From IMG/VR virus record IMGVR_UViG_3300037504_000288: a stretch of 64,000 nucleotides of DNA. The stretch is one strand, 5' to 3'. Under the pieces are notes generated by a model, which ran no database searches, had not been told where the DNA came from, and was given only the letters and a program-made list of their open reading frames with translations. Position 1 is the stretch's first letter. Every line of letters begins with the position of its first letter. Below are positions 48,138 through 57,809 of this stretch, piece after piece. Source of the DNA: a virus. Position numbers and translations under genes: made by a program.

Positions 48138-48696
48138 AATAAAAAGCTTGATAAGAGCTAAAAACGATATATACCGTAAAGAGTATAATTCTGAAATCAC
48201 AAGAGCAGAGTCTGAAGCTGAAATTACAAGGATAGAGGAGGAGTTGAAAAGTTTGAGCCTTGAAAAAATAAGGTCGCAAGCCGAATCTCGAGCGTCCGAA
48301 AATCATGATTATAAAAAAATAGCGATTGAAGAGTTGAAAGGTGAAGGGTTAGATGTTGAAAAGCTACAAAGAACGAATTTCGAAAATAACAAGTCGCAGA
48401 AGCAAGAAATTATCGCGGAAGAAGAAAGTTCACAACATGAAAAAAAGGCTGTTGAGAAGAGTCCGACACGAACACAAGTCTTCGTAGAAGCATTGCTCGA
48501 TGAAAGAGTTAGTAACGTTGACGAAGCTGTAGAGTACGTGAACCGGAAGTTTGATAGTATGAAACCGCACATTATAAAATTCCATCTTATGAACTTCGTG
48601 AGCCTTTTGAGGAAAGGCAAGATTAAGAAGTATAAACATTACGAGTTTGATAACGACACGTACACTTTGAAAAAGGTGCGGCAAACCACGTTGTGA
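48109..48696 (+). CDS. KE-rich coiled-coil protein (195 aa)
   Basis: ORF track (GTG start). Confidence 0.4.
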   Translation: MSGLEEVNRRIKSLIRAKNDIYRKEYNSEITRAESEAEITRIEEELKSLSLEKIRSQAESRASENHDYKKIAIEELKGEGLDVEKLQRTNFENNKSQKQEIIAEEESSQHEKKAVEKSPTRTQVFVEALLDERVSNVDEAVEYVNRKFDSMKPHIIKFHLMNFVSLLRKGKIKKYKHYEFDNDTYTLKKVRQTTL

Positions 48697-48710
48697 AAAG
48701 GTGACGACTG

Positions 48711-48923
48711 ATGAAATCTAAAAAAGCACAATATTATCCAAGGCCGACGTACACTTATGTGAACCCTTTATTAGTAGTAGGTATAGCGTTGTTCGTGACG
48801 CCTTACATAACACCAGTGTTTGGTATAGAACTATATGCGTTTCTAATAACAACGTTCAAATTCATAGGGTTGGCAGGCATAGTGATAGGAGCAGCGCTCA
48901 GTATTATTAATGCGACAGGCTGA
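48711..48923 (+). CDS. small membrane protein (70 aa)
   Basis: Two hydrophobic helices. Confidence 0.4.
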   Translation: MKSKKAQYYPRPTYTYVNPLLVVGIALFVTPYITPVFGIELYAFLITTFKFIGLAGIVIGAALSIINATG

Positions 48924-48962
48924 GCGCGCGTGAACGTAATAATCGAGGAGGATTGATAAACC

Positions 48963-49169
48963 GTGGACGAAAAGACTTTGAAAGAGTTCATAAAACTTAG
49001 TAACATGACAGGGTATTTTTTACTAGTTGGGATTGCAGGGTTCGTAATGGGTTTTATAACCGGCGACCAGTACATTTTTTTAAAAGAGACACTGTTCTTT
49101 CTAGGAGGCTTAGGGTTAGGAGGAGCGCTCGGTAGTTTCATAGCGAGATTCGCGATTACTATACGGTAG
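48963..49169 (+). CDS. small membrane protein (68 aa, GTG start)
   Basis: SD gaggagga; two hydrophobic helices. Confidence 0.4.
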   Translation: MDEKTLKEFIKLSNMTGYFLLVGIAGFVMGFITGDQYIFLKETLFFLGGLGLGGALGSFIARFAITIR

Positions 49170-49183
49170 CGAAAAATTAAAAT

Positions 49184-49197
49184 TTTTTTTCTTTTTT
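49184..49197 (+). terminator. oligo-T terminator
   Basis: tttttttcttttttc after 48963..49169. Confidence 0.35.
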
Positions 49198-49215
49198 CGG
49201 ATTTGTAGCAGGTGG

Positions 49216-49560
49216 ATGGTTATGCATAATACAAATAAACGAAACGCTAAGAAGAATACGGGCGTGTCCAGGACTAAAGTCAGGTTTAACGAGCATCTCA
49301 AGGATGACGCGACGATAATGGCTGATAGTATAACAATAGTTAAAGTAGTGAGTAAAGATTTCGTAGCTGACATTATAGCGAAGGTTCAAAACCTGATAGG
49401 TTATAACCTGACCAGTTACGAGAAGATGGTCGATAAAGCAATAACGCAAATCAACGACGAGCTTTCGACGAAGAATATTGAGATGTCGTGGTACCGTTAC
49501 GAGATTACGCAATTGACTAACGGCGCTGTCGCGGTGATGTTGTACGGTGATAAGAAATGA
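49216..49560 (+). CDS. YbjQ/DUF74-like small protein
   Basis: C-terminal ...GAVAVMLYGD pattern and size typical of the YbjQ family; weak. Confidence 0.3.
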   Translation: MVMHNTNKRNAKKNTGVSRTKVRFNEHLKDDATIMADSITIVKVVSKDFVADIIAKVQNLIGYNLTSYEKMVDKAITQINDELSTKNIEMSWYRYEITQLTNGAVAVMLYGDKK

Positions 49561-50000
49561 AAATCACCAATTTATTCATTTTAGTGTTTTTATTGATGAT
49601 GTTAATCAGTATGACTTTAGGGAGCGAGAGTCGTCAGTCCGGGATGACGTTGGAGGAGGTCGTTGTGGTTGCCGAGGAGTCGATGAGCGTTAACACTTCC
49701 GAGTTCAATATTCAAACTATTAACGGCACCGAGAACGCTACCGAGCTGTCCAGTAAATACACAACTAACATGGTCAACCAAGCGGTAGTGGGAGTGCTGG
49801 ACAGTTTATTCTCGATGTCCAAATATTCGATAGTGCAAGGGTACACTTACGACGGCGAGATTGATTTAATAAGCATGGTCAGGCTGATAACAATATGTTT
49901 CATTATCTATATACTGTTCATACCGGTGCTGATAGTATCGTTCTTGATAGTGTACGGGGTTAGAAGAATAATTAGGAAAAAAGAGGGTTTGAAAGAATGA
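49557..50000 (+). CDS. membrane protein (147 aa; N-terminal signal/TM and C-terminal TM)
   Basis: ITNLFILVFLLMMLISM and ITICFIIYILFIPVLIVSFLIVYGV. Confidence 0.45.
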   Translation: MKITNLFILVFLLMMLISMTLGSESRQSGMTLEEVVVVAEESMSVNTSEFNIQTINGTENATELSSKYTTNMVNQAVVGVLDSLFSMSKYSIVQGYTYDGEIDLISMVRLITICFIIYILFIPVLIVSFLIVYGVRRIIRKKEGLKE

Positions 50001-52582
50001 CTGATAACGATGATGTATTAATATACGACCTTGAGACAGAGGTGGTCGGTTTCAAGCCTGACGGTGAGAAGGATATATTGCGAGTGTTCGGGTTCTACTC
50101 TTACAAGAACGACAAGTTCGGGATTCTACCGTATTACAAGAAGGAGGCTATTAAGAAAGTGTTGGACAGTCATAAGTTCTTAGTAGGGTTTAATAATAAG
50201 AATTACGACGATGCCATCCTCAAAAGGTCCGGGTACGATGTCAAGTATAAAATCAGTATCGACCTTTTGGAGCTTGTCAAGAAACGTGCAGGCGTTATAA
50301 CAATAGGTAAAGGTAGTGTCAAGGATAATCTTATGCGGTACCGGCTCGATGATATAACCAGGTTCTTGAATATAGTTGATGACGAGACCGCGAAGGAAGA
50401 GATTGATTATGATATTTTTAAGAAGACGAGCTGGAACAAGGCAGAGATAGCTGAGATTAAGAAGTACACTATCCGTGACATTGAAATCACCAAGAAATTG
50501 TATGAATGGTTGGAGGAATATTTCGAAGGGTTCAAAGAGTTCGTTAACAAAGAGGATATTAAAAAAAAGAAATACTTGACCGACACCATTGCTAATTTCG
50601 CGTACAAGGCTATTTGTAAAGATATGGATTGGGAGCCGGTCTATAACAGGGACGCCGAGGATATCCCAGAGGATGAGAAGATTAGCGGTGGGTACGTGGC
50701 GTTCCCGGCAGGCGAGCGGTTCGAAGGTAACCTGGTGCAGTTGGATTTTTCAAGTTTGTACCCGCACGTTTTAATTCAAGGTAACCTGTTAGGGCGTAAC
50801 AAGAACACTAATGAAGGCTGGCACGGTGGCGGTAAGTGGGAAGTTCAGGGTTTCTATAACGATAAAGAGCTTAGCGGCGTGAGTAAACTGATTAGAAAAT
50901 GGTATTTTCTGAGACTGCATTATAAGAGGAAAGGAATACTTGAAAACAACGACGAGTTCAAGTACAAGAACGCAGAAAAACACATTGGCGAGAAGTATTA
51001 TTTTATACATGAGAAGAACGGAACTACCGTTTTGGAACTTCGCGAAATAACCAAGAGTGTGGCTGATGAGTTGTTGAGTTATCACAATCAAGGAGTTGAC
51101 CCTCGTCAGTACACTATTAAAATCATTATTAATACCTGTTACGGTATCCTTAACACACCGTATTACAAGCTAATCCATGACGAGGTTGCTGGCGGTGATT
51201 GTACTAGAATAGGCCGTCAATGGACGAAGTACGCTCGTAAAGTGTTCCGTGAAGAAGGGTATAATTTATTGTATTCCGATAGCGTAAGTAAAGACTCTAA
51301 AATCAGATTACGAGACGGTAAACAAATAACTGTTAATGAATATTGGAACAAATATACATTTAATAAAATTACTAATGGTAAAGAATATGCGATGTGTAAC
51401 AAAGAAATTTTAACATGTGATGAAAATTTCAAGAATGTCTTAAAAGTGCCAGATTATATTATAAGACATAAAACTAAAAAGAAAATGTTTAAAATATGGC
51501 TGACAAACGAAAAACACGTGTCTGTTACAGAGGACCATAGTTTGATAACAATTAATCCAGAAACACAAAAATATGATGTTATTAAACCAAACGAAATTAA
51601 TGACAAAAAATATGTGTTGTTAAATTCACACAATGTGCGAGATATATATAGAACATCTATATATTCTGAAAATAAATCAACTTATATAAATAAAAACAAA
51701 AGAATATTATCAACTAATTTAATAACAGAAATTGAGTCTGATTTTAAATTGTGTAATGTTAAAAAAGTTGAGGAATATTATACGGATGATTATGTTTATG
51801 ATTTTTCTATTAAAGGAATAGAAAAATTTTATGCAAATGATGTATTAGTTCATAATACCGACAGTTGGTATTTTGAGGATGTTTATGATGATATGGACAA
51901 GGTTATGGATACCAAGGATAAAGTCATTAAAGACATCAAAGATACCATGCCGTTCCCGCAACCGACCTTTAACGCTGACGTCGATAGCGAGATGAAATAC
52001 ATGTTTTTTTTCAAAGGCGATGAGAAAGATTTTGATACTAAAGAGTTCGACGAGGATGATTGGAAGAATTATAAGAAAGGGTTCATGAAGAAGAACTATA
52101 TCTATGTCGACAAGTACACTAGCGAAATCACTTTGAAGAACCTCGGTGTTAAGAAGAAGAGTATTAGCGCGCTATCCAAGAAAATATTCTGGGATTACAT
52201 GGTGCCCGAGATTAAGAAGGGTGTTGTCAAATTCAGTAAAACCTGGGTTGATAATTTAATGATTAAACTGTTACAGGAGAACATTGAGTATGCGTTCTTC
52301 AGGAAGGACGTTAAACCGCTGACTCATTATAAGAAGTCAATGACCGGCATCCATGCCAAGTTCAGTAAACGCTACGGTCCAGGCATCCATTTTGTAATCC
52401 CTAACAATAAAGGCGTAGGGGTTGGCGATAAGACCACGTACTGCTCGTACGAGGAGTTCAAGGAGAAGCGAATGGGAATCTCAGACATTGACATGACACC
52501 GTTCTGGAAGGAGCTCAAGTATTTCATCAAGGAGCCGAAGACAGTTTCGATATTCGACTATGAAGGCGTCAAGAGGCGATAA
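49997..52582 (+). CDS. polB: family B DNA polymerase containing a mini-intein in motif C
   Basis: Exo I LIYDLETE, Exo II FNNKNYDDAIL, Exo III YTIRDIEIT; Pol motif A LVQLDFSSLYPHVLI, motif B KIIINTCYGILN, motif C LLYSD|intein|TDSWYF (=YxDTDS). Extein ~669 aa. Confidence 0.85.
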   Translation: MTDNDDVLIYDLETEVVGFKPDGEKDILRVFGFYSYKNDKFGILPYYKKEAIKKVLDSHKFLVGFNNKNYDDAILKRSGYDVKYKISIDLLELVKKRAGVITIGKGSVKDNLMRYRLDDITRFLNIVDDETAKEEIDYDIFKKTSWNKAEIAEIKKYTIRDIEITKKLYEWLEEYFEGFKEFVNKEDIKKKKYLTDTIANFAYKAICKDMDWEPVYNRDAEDIPEDEKISGGYVAFPAGERFEGNLVQLDFSSLYPHVLIQGNLLGRNKNTNEGWHGGGKWEVQGFYNDKELSGVSKLIRKWYFLRLHYKRKGILENNDEFKYKNAEKHIGEKYYFIHEKNGTTVLELREITKSVADELLSYHNQGVDPRQYTIKIIINTCYGILNTPYYKLIHDEVAGGDCTRIGRQWTKYARKVFREEGYNLLYSDSVSKDSKIRLRDGKQITVNEYWNKYTFNKITNGKEYAMCNKEILTCDENFKNVLKVPDYIIRHKTKKKMFKIWLTNEKHVSVTEDHSLITINPETQKYDVIKPNEINDKKYVLLNSHNVRDIYRTSIYSENKSTYINKNKRILSTNLITEIESDFKLCNVKKVEEYYTDDYVYDFSIKGIEKFYANDVLVHNTDSWYFEDVYDDMDKVMDTKDKVIKDIKDTMPFPQPTFNADVDSEMKYMFFFKGDEKDFDTKEFDEDDWKNYKKGFMKKNYIYVDKYTSEITLKNLGVKKKSISALSKKIFWDYMVPEIKKGVVKFSKTWVDNLMIKLLQENIEYAFFRKDVKPLTHYKKSMTGIHAKFSKRYGPGIHFVIPNNKGVGVGDKTTYCSYEEFKEKRMGISDIDMTPFWKELKYFIKEPKTVSIFDYEGVKRR
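51281..51856 (+). other. mini-intein (192 aa) inserted in PolB motif C (pol-c site)
   Basis: Starts SVSKDSKIRL (Ser1), block B VSVTEDHSLI, blocks F/G DDYVYDFSIKGIEKFYANDVLVHN, +1 Thr. Confidence 0.7.
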
Positions 52583-52586
52583 AAAA

Positions 52587-53078
52587 ATGACCAGGTACAT
52601 TATAGGAATCGACAACGGCGTGAATGGCGGTATCGTCGTGCTTGATAAGGATGTTAATAATATTGTTTTCAAGACGGTGATGCCGGTGTTCGGCAAGAGT
52701 AAGAAGGAGTACGACGTGCAAACGATATCCGGCGTTTTGAAATCGTTCAAGGAAGATTCGAACGCGTACCTGGAGCGTGCGCAGCCGCAATACCGTGACG
52801 GTAAGAAGCAAGCTTTCAAGACAGGCTACGGGTTCGGCGTCATGGAAGGTGTTTTAGCAGCGCTCAACATCCCGTACTTCGTCGTCGCGCCGAAGGTGTG
52901 GCAGAAGAGAGTGTTCGCAGGTTTGCAGTCTAACGACACGAAACTCGCTAGCTTGATGTTTTGTAAACGCACATGGCCGACTGTCGACTGGACGCCTACC
53001 GTGAGGGCTAACAAGGCGCATGATGGGCTGACCGACGCAGCGTGCTTGGCGTATTACGGTGGTATCAATGGGTTTTAA
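52587..53078 (+). CDS. RuvC-like Holliday-junction resolvase
   Basis: MTRYIIGIDNGVNGGIVVL (RuvC motif I hhGIDpG), C-terminal AHDGLTDAACLAYYG (cf. RuvC DAADALAIA). Confidence 0.55.
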   Translation: MTRYIIGIDNGVNGGIVVLDKDVNNIVFKTVMPVFGKSKKEYDVQTISGVLKSFKEDSNAYLERAQPQYRDGKKQAFKTGYGFGVMEGVLAALNIPYFVVAPKVWQKRVFAGLQSNDTKLASLMFCKRTWPTVDWTPTVRANKAHDGLTDAACLAYYGGINGF

Positions 53079-53703
53079 AAGAGTATTGTTATTATTACTG
53101 TTACTGACGTTGGCGGTCGCGGTCGTCGACGCTCGAAAGGAGACTGTTAACGAATCGTTCTTATTAACAGAATTGAGCGTTTGCGACGGTCCGGTGACGG
53201 TGCGTGTTAATTCCGACTATCCGGTTTCTAAATCAGAGCTTTTTATAGAGAAGTGCAAGCAGGAGGATTATAACATTTGGAAGTGTCATTGTGACAAGGG
53301 CGATGACGGCTTCGACATTAACATCCGTATATTTAACGTTTCGGATAACGTCTATGATTTCTGGGTGCACCATTATATTTATTACGACGAATCTTGGGTT
53401 AACGAGTCTTCAAGAGTTCCAAGCTTCGAAGAGCAAAAACTCGGCAAGTTCGAGAGGTTGGACCGTTTTAACAACATTTACGTTAGAGAGCGCGAGCTTG
53501 CTCCTAAGAATTTCGTGCTAAGCCCGTCGTTCCAGAAAGTACTGCTCGCTATAGTATTAGTTGTGATAGTAATCTTGATAGTGTTCGTTTACAAAAGCAG
53601 CGACGGTCGTGGCAAGGTTAGTAGCGACTCTTCTAATAACGACATGTTCAATTACGTTTCTAAAGAAGACGATTTCGAAGAGCTCATGAAACGTTTCAAA
53701 TAG
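53059..53703 (+). CDS. type-I membrane/secreted Cys-containing protein (signal peptide + C-terminal TM)
   Basis: FKRVLLLLLLLTLAVAVVDA ... VLLAIVLVVIVILIVFVY; start may be ATG 53068. Confidence 0.5.
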   Translation: MVSMGFKRVLLLLLLLTLAVAVVDARKETVNESFLLTELSVCDGPVTVRVNSDYPVSKSELFIEKCKQEDYNIWKCHCDKGDDGFDINIRIFNVSDNVYDFWVHHYIYYDESWVNESSRVPSFEEQKLGKFERLDRFNNIYVRERELAPKNFVLSPSFQKVLLAIVLVVIVILIVFVYKSSDGRGKVSSDSSNNDMFNYVSKEDDFEELMKRFK

Positions 53704-53750
53704 AAAGATTTATATAGTAATTATATTATACTAATAGTTAGAGTTGATTA

Positions 53751-54134
53751 ATGATGGGTCGTAAGAGATACAAGTATAACGTTGATTTAGTAGTCGAAGG
53801 CTTGGACGTTGAAGATTTGGATTCTTTACTCAAAGCTTACGAGGACCTCAAGTACTTCCAAGACGCGGTCGTTGAGAAGATGAGCGTTATAAAAAACAAT
53901 ATTATTAAACAACTTAGCGTTAAGGGTTGGAAGCATTATAAGGAGTCTTCGAGAGGCGTTTCTGTAACGCGCCTTTCTAAAAAGCGCGAGAGTGTTAATA
54001 AGAAGACGTTGAAGATGATACTTAACAACGAGCAATACACCCAGGTTGTTAAGAAAGAGTCGTACACTGATTTGGAGATTGTGACTCGTAAAGACAGGCA
54101 GAGGCTTGATGAATATGGCGATAGGAAAAGTTAA
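53751..54134 (+). CDS. hypothetical protein (127 aa)
   Basis: ORF track. Confidence 0.45.
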   Translation: MMGRKRYKYNVDLVVEGLDVEDLDSLLKAYEDLKYFQDAVVEKMSVIKNNIIKQLSVKGWKHYKESSRGVSVTRLSKKRESVNKKTLKMILNNEQYTQVVKKESYTDLEIVTRKDRQRLDEYGDRKS

Positions 54135-54867
54135 AACTAATAAGAACGCTCAGAAAGAGGCTAAGAAAGAGCTTAAGAAACTTAAGAAGTTAAAGAACGA
54201 GTTTCTAGTACTTGATAAAAAGTTCGAGCGCGGGAAGCTTAATAATTCTGAGACTAACAAGTATTTTAAGTTGAAGGAGGAGCTTGAAAAAATGACTAAC
54301 AAATACATTATTAAAAACGGAGAATTAGTCCTCAACACAGAGGATGATAAGAATGGTGATACAATGAAAGACGAAATACAACAACCACAACCACAACCGC
54401 AACAGCAACCGCAACAGCAACCACAGCCACAACCACAGCCACAACCGCAACAGCAACCGCAACAGCAACCACAACCGCAACAGCAACCACAGCCACAGCC
54501 ACAACAGCAACCACAGCCACAACCGCAACCACAGCCACAACCGCAACCGCGACGCGAGCAATTATCAGAGCAAGAAATAGCGCGACAACAAGAGCTTATC
54601 AAACGTCGAGAGATAGCACGACAGCAAGCAATTGAAAGGTCACGGCACCAACAAGCGCAAGGTGGTCCGATGCCTTTACGTGTAATATTGTACCTTAGAG
54701 AATCTCCAGAGTTGAGCATGCGTATTCTAGACAGCGCGGTCGGAAAGTTTTTGGAGGACGTAGAAACCGCTCGTGAGACAGGCAAGCTTTTCAAGTTCGG
54801 GGATTTCTACATTGACGTGTCAAGGCTTATATATTTAAGGTTCGTTCCTGATAACGACCAGTCTTGA
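54106..54867 (+). CDS. KE-rich / (QPQPQQQ)n repeat protein (253 aa)
   Basis: ORF track; PQ repeat at 54375..54545 (caaccacagccacaaccgcaacagcaaccg...). Confidence 0.5.
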   Translation: MMNMAIGKVKTNKNAQKEAKKELKKLKKLKNEFLVLDKKFERGKLNNSETNKYFKLKEELEKMTNKYIIKNGELVLNTEDDKNGDTMKDEIQQPQPQPQQQPQQQPQPQPQPQPQQQPQQQPQPQQQPQPQPQQQPQPQPQPQPQPQPRREQLSEQEIARQQELIKRREIARQQAIERSRHQQAQGGPMPLRVILYLRESPELSMRILDSAVGKFLEDVETARETGKLFKFGDFYIDVSRLIYLRFVPDNDQS

Positions 54868-55030
54868 TTTTGAAACCTAATGGGTGTGATTTAAAAATGA
54901 AACAATCGTTTAGAGAATATATGAACAAGGAGCATTTGATTAACCGATGGATGGTCCTGATAATCGCAATGGTCGGTGCTATAACAGGCGCTTTTTTAAT
55001 GTTCTTCTTCGCACTAATGGGGTTGTTAGC

Positions 55031-55522
55031 ATGAACAAGAGCGTCACGTTAAAAATCTTTTTAATATTGTTCACCGTGTTTAACGTGGCGGATGCTATAA
55101 CCGCGATGTTCATATTACCGGCCGAGAGCAACCCTTTGTACATATGGACTGGTACTATGCTGGTGCCTGTAATACTTAAATTATTACTAGTTATAGGAGC
55201 GTGGTTCATATATTATAATAACCGTTATCCTTCGAGGACTTCTTACTACTCGTTCATATACATTATTATAATAGGCACTTTTTTAATAATGCTAGGTGTT
55301 GCTAGTAACGTCGCCGGTATATTAAACGATGATATTGTCGAAGAAGGCGCTTCGGCCTCTAACAATGCCAAGCTATCTTATTATGGTAAGATAATGCTCA
55401 TATTGTACATTATACCTTATACTATATCAGTGATAGCTTTCAAAACGTATGTTAATTCTGAGTCGAAAGTGTCGTTCGATAAGAACTCAAGCGTGAGGTT
55501 GAGGATAAGAAAATGTCGTTGA
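55031..55522 (+). CDS. polytopic membrane protein (~163 aa)
   Basis: Four hydrophobic helices. Confidence 0.45.
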   Translation: MNKSVTLKIFLILFTVFNVADAITAMFILPAESNPLYIWTGTMLVPVILKLLLVIGAWFIYYNNRYPSRTSYYSFIYIIIIGTFLIMLGVASNVAGILNDDIVEEGASASNNAKLSYYGKIMLILYIIPYTISVIAFKTYVNSESKVSFDKNSSVRLRIRKCR

Positions 55523-55660
55523 ACGTTTCTAACGAGATAGTGGCGACCGGCGCTCACGACCCTTTGAACATGTTCGTTATACTAGGGGTGTTGTGCGGCA
55601 TAGCGTTTTTAGCGATGGTGTTAATGTATTTGAAGAACGTTATTGGAGGGTGAACGTAAT

Positions 55661-55924
55661 ATGAAATTTTCAGATATAAAAAGCAAGATAGAAAGTTTGA
55701 ACATTAAGAAAAAAATATTATTATTAGTGCTTTTAATAATAATATTCTCAATGCTCGCTTATTTAGCGTCTATGGACGTTGTTAAAATCGTAGATTACAA
55801 GAAGCGTGACGGGACTGTAGTGTGCTCTGAGACTTACATTAACGGAGTGCTTAACGGCACTCCTTGTAATAAAAATAACGGTTTTGTTTTCAACAACAGC
55901 TTGTTAGGTGACGCTTATGGTTAA
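55661..55924 (+). CDS. membrane-anchored small protein
   Basis: SD ggaggg 11 nt upstream; KILLLVLLIIIFSMLAYLA. Confidence 0.4.
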   Translation: MKFSDIKSKIESLNIKKKILLLVLLIIIFSMLAYLASMDVVKIVDYKKRDGTVVCSETYINGVLNGTPCNKNNGFVFNNSLLGDAYG

Positions 55925-56138
55925 AGAGTTGTCTAAGCGTTTAAAAAAGTATAAGATTGACGTGTCTTCAGAGTTAGGTCAGCGTTTGAAAAAGCTGGAT
56001 GAAGTGTACCAGCGCATCGAGGATGTCAGCTTGGAGATTAAAAAGCTAAACTCTGAAAAAGAGCAATTGTTAGAAGACGCTGAAATGATGGAATTGTTGC
56101 TAATGCACAAGTTTAATAAGGATTCTAGGAACACATAA
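55917..56138 (+). CDS. small coiled-coil protein
   Basis: SD taggtga; ORF track (start trimmed). Confidence 0.35.
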   Translation: MVKELSKRLKKYKIDVSSELGQRLKKLDEVYQRIEDVSLEIKKLNSEKEQLLEDAEMMELLLMHKFNKDSRNT

Positions 56139-56365
56139 TCGTGCTTTGAGACGTCGTTGGTGAAGAAAGATGTTTGGCCGAGGAAGAATTTTAATAGGAG
56201 CGTTGCTAGTGATACTAGCGTTAGCGGCTAGTTTCGTGAAGTTTTTCTCAACATTGATAGTTATAGGGTTGGGGTTGTTAATATTATTAATAATAATAAG
56301 ATTACTAGCCGACCTTTACTGGTACGGTAAGAAAAAAGACGAATGGTAAAATTATTTCTTTAACA

Positions 56366-56393
56366 AAAAACGAAAGATTTATATATTAGTTAG
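56366..56393 (+). promoter_or_regulatory. class-1 promoter
   Basis: AAAAACGAAAGATTTATATATTAGTTAG. Confidence 0.5.
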
Positions 56394-56443
56394 TATATAC
56401 TATTTACATAATAGTTTTAGTGAGGTGTTTTTTTTAGTAAAAA

Positions 56444-56953
56444 ATGGTTAGTAACGAAAAGATAATAATTGCGTTAGTGGCGGTTAACATCGCGCTAGTG
56501 TTCACAGGTGTTTACTTCGTCCTCTATGAAATAGGCAACGTTCCGGAATGCCCGGATTGCGAGCTGGAATGTCCCGAACAGCGCGATTACACTACAGAAC
56601 TGCAATCGTTAGAACAGCTTATCGGCGCGCAGGACGTGTTGTTAGAGCAAATTCATAATAAGGATTGTATGGAAGTGACCGATATGATGTTCATTGACGC
56701 GGCGCGGGACAGGTTCATGGGCGTTCACGAGTGGACTTGGGAGACTGATTGTGACGTGCTGACCCAGGAGTTCACTGTCATAATGAAAGAGTTCGGAATC
56801 CCGATGCATAAGATATACGCGTGGCCGGAGAACAGTAACGTAGGGCACGCTTATAATTGCATCCCGTACGACGTGCAAGTCGGGCTTACCGACGACAGCG
56901 AATGGAGCCGGCGCGACCTTGTCCAAACAACTTTATCGTACGAGTTTGAATGA
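56444..56953 (+). CDS. membrane-anchored protein with CPDCELECPEQ motif (169 aa)
   Basis: N-terminal TM IIIALVAVNIALVFTGVYFVLY. Confidence 0.45.
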   Translation: MVSNEKIIIALVAVNIALVFTGVYFVLYEIGNVPECPDCELECPEQRDYTTELQSLEQLIGAQDVLLEQIHNKDCMEVTDMMFIDAARDRFMGVHEWTWETDCDVLTQEFTVIMKEFGIPMHKIYAWPENSNVGHAYNCIPYDVQVGLTDDSEWSRRDLVQTTLSYEFE

Positions 56954-56974
56954 TAAGATTGAGAGGTTAGAAAG

Positions 56975-57259
56975 ATGATTGATAAACATAAGCATTATAA
57001 AAGTTCAAAGAAAGGAACAGCGAGAATTTTTGTATCAGTTGCTATTATTATGGTATTAGTGGCATTAGTGTTGACAGTGCATATTTGGGCTAACACGGAG
57101 ATTGTTGAAAAACCGTGCGTTGACGGCGACGGTGATGTCAACCTCGAAGGTATAATGTGCGAGAAGGAAGTTTATAATGGTAACCCTATCGTTAGAGTAT
57201 TAGTATTAATAATGTTGGTATTATCGTTTTTTTTTATTTTGTACGCGTTGACGTATTAA
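56975..57259 (+). CDS. small membrane protein (2 TM)
   Basis: ORF track. Confidence 0.4.
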   Translation: MIDKHKHYKSSKKGTARIFVSVAIIMVLVALVLTVHIWANTEIVEKPCVDGDGDVNLEGIMCEKEVYNGNPIVRVLVLIMLVLSFFFILYALTY

Positions 57260-57442
57260 TTTATCATCGAGCTCATGGAGGATGACTGAATGGATGTTGA
57301 ACCCTTAGTAATGATTATGGTCTTTTGCGTTATTATGCCTTGGTGGATAGCTAACAATATAAGCTTTACCAAGTCAGAATCTAAATTGTTCAAGAAAATG
57401 GTCAAGTATGGTATAATTAAAAGAGTGGAGAGGCGGTAGACA

Positions 57443-57793
57443 ATGTATTACAAATATGCGGTTATAGACAGAGACAGTGTTCATTTGTATAAAACAAAAC
57501 CTAGTGTTCGACCGATGTCCGAGGACTTGTACGAGCTCAATCACATCGACCTGCGCAAACAATTTTTTGTTGGCGGCAAGGTGATTTTACGGTTCGGTAG
57601 TATGTTATCTAAAGAAGAAATTATCGACACAGTCGTCGATAAGGATATAAAATGGGAGCGTGAGTATTGGCTATTTGGTAAACTGGTTCCGACAGTCGGA
57701 CACAAATGGGTTGAATTGAAACAGCGTTATCGCGAGAAGGTGCATCTGAACAATTATAAAGTGATAGAACATCTCGATGACGTGCAAAATTAA
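57443..57793 (+). CDS. hypothetical protein (116 aa)
   Basis: SD ggagagg; ORF track. Confidence 0.45.
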   Translation: MYYKYAVIDRDSVHLYKTKPSVRPMSEDLYELNHIDLRKQFFVGGKVILRFGSMLSKEEIIDTVVDKDIKWEREYWLFGKLVPTVGHKWVELKQRYREKVHLNNYKVIEHLDDVQN

Positions 57794-57809
57794 ACGAAGG
57801 TGATTAATA

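Noticed and set aside
31729-54794. Minus-strand ORFs inside the plus-strand block (31729..32334, 33186..33572, 33618..33920, 36971..37453, 44755..45486, 48803..49141, 54150..54794)
   Set aside because: They are antisense to well-supported genes (helicase, primase, PCNA and others). The Cys/Gly-rich product of 54150..54794 is just the reverse translation of the PQ repeat.
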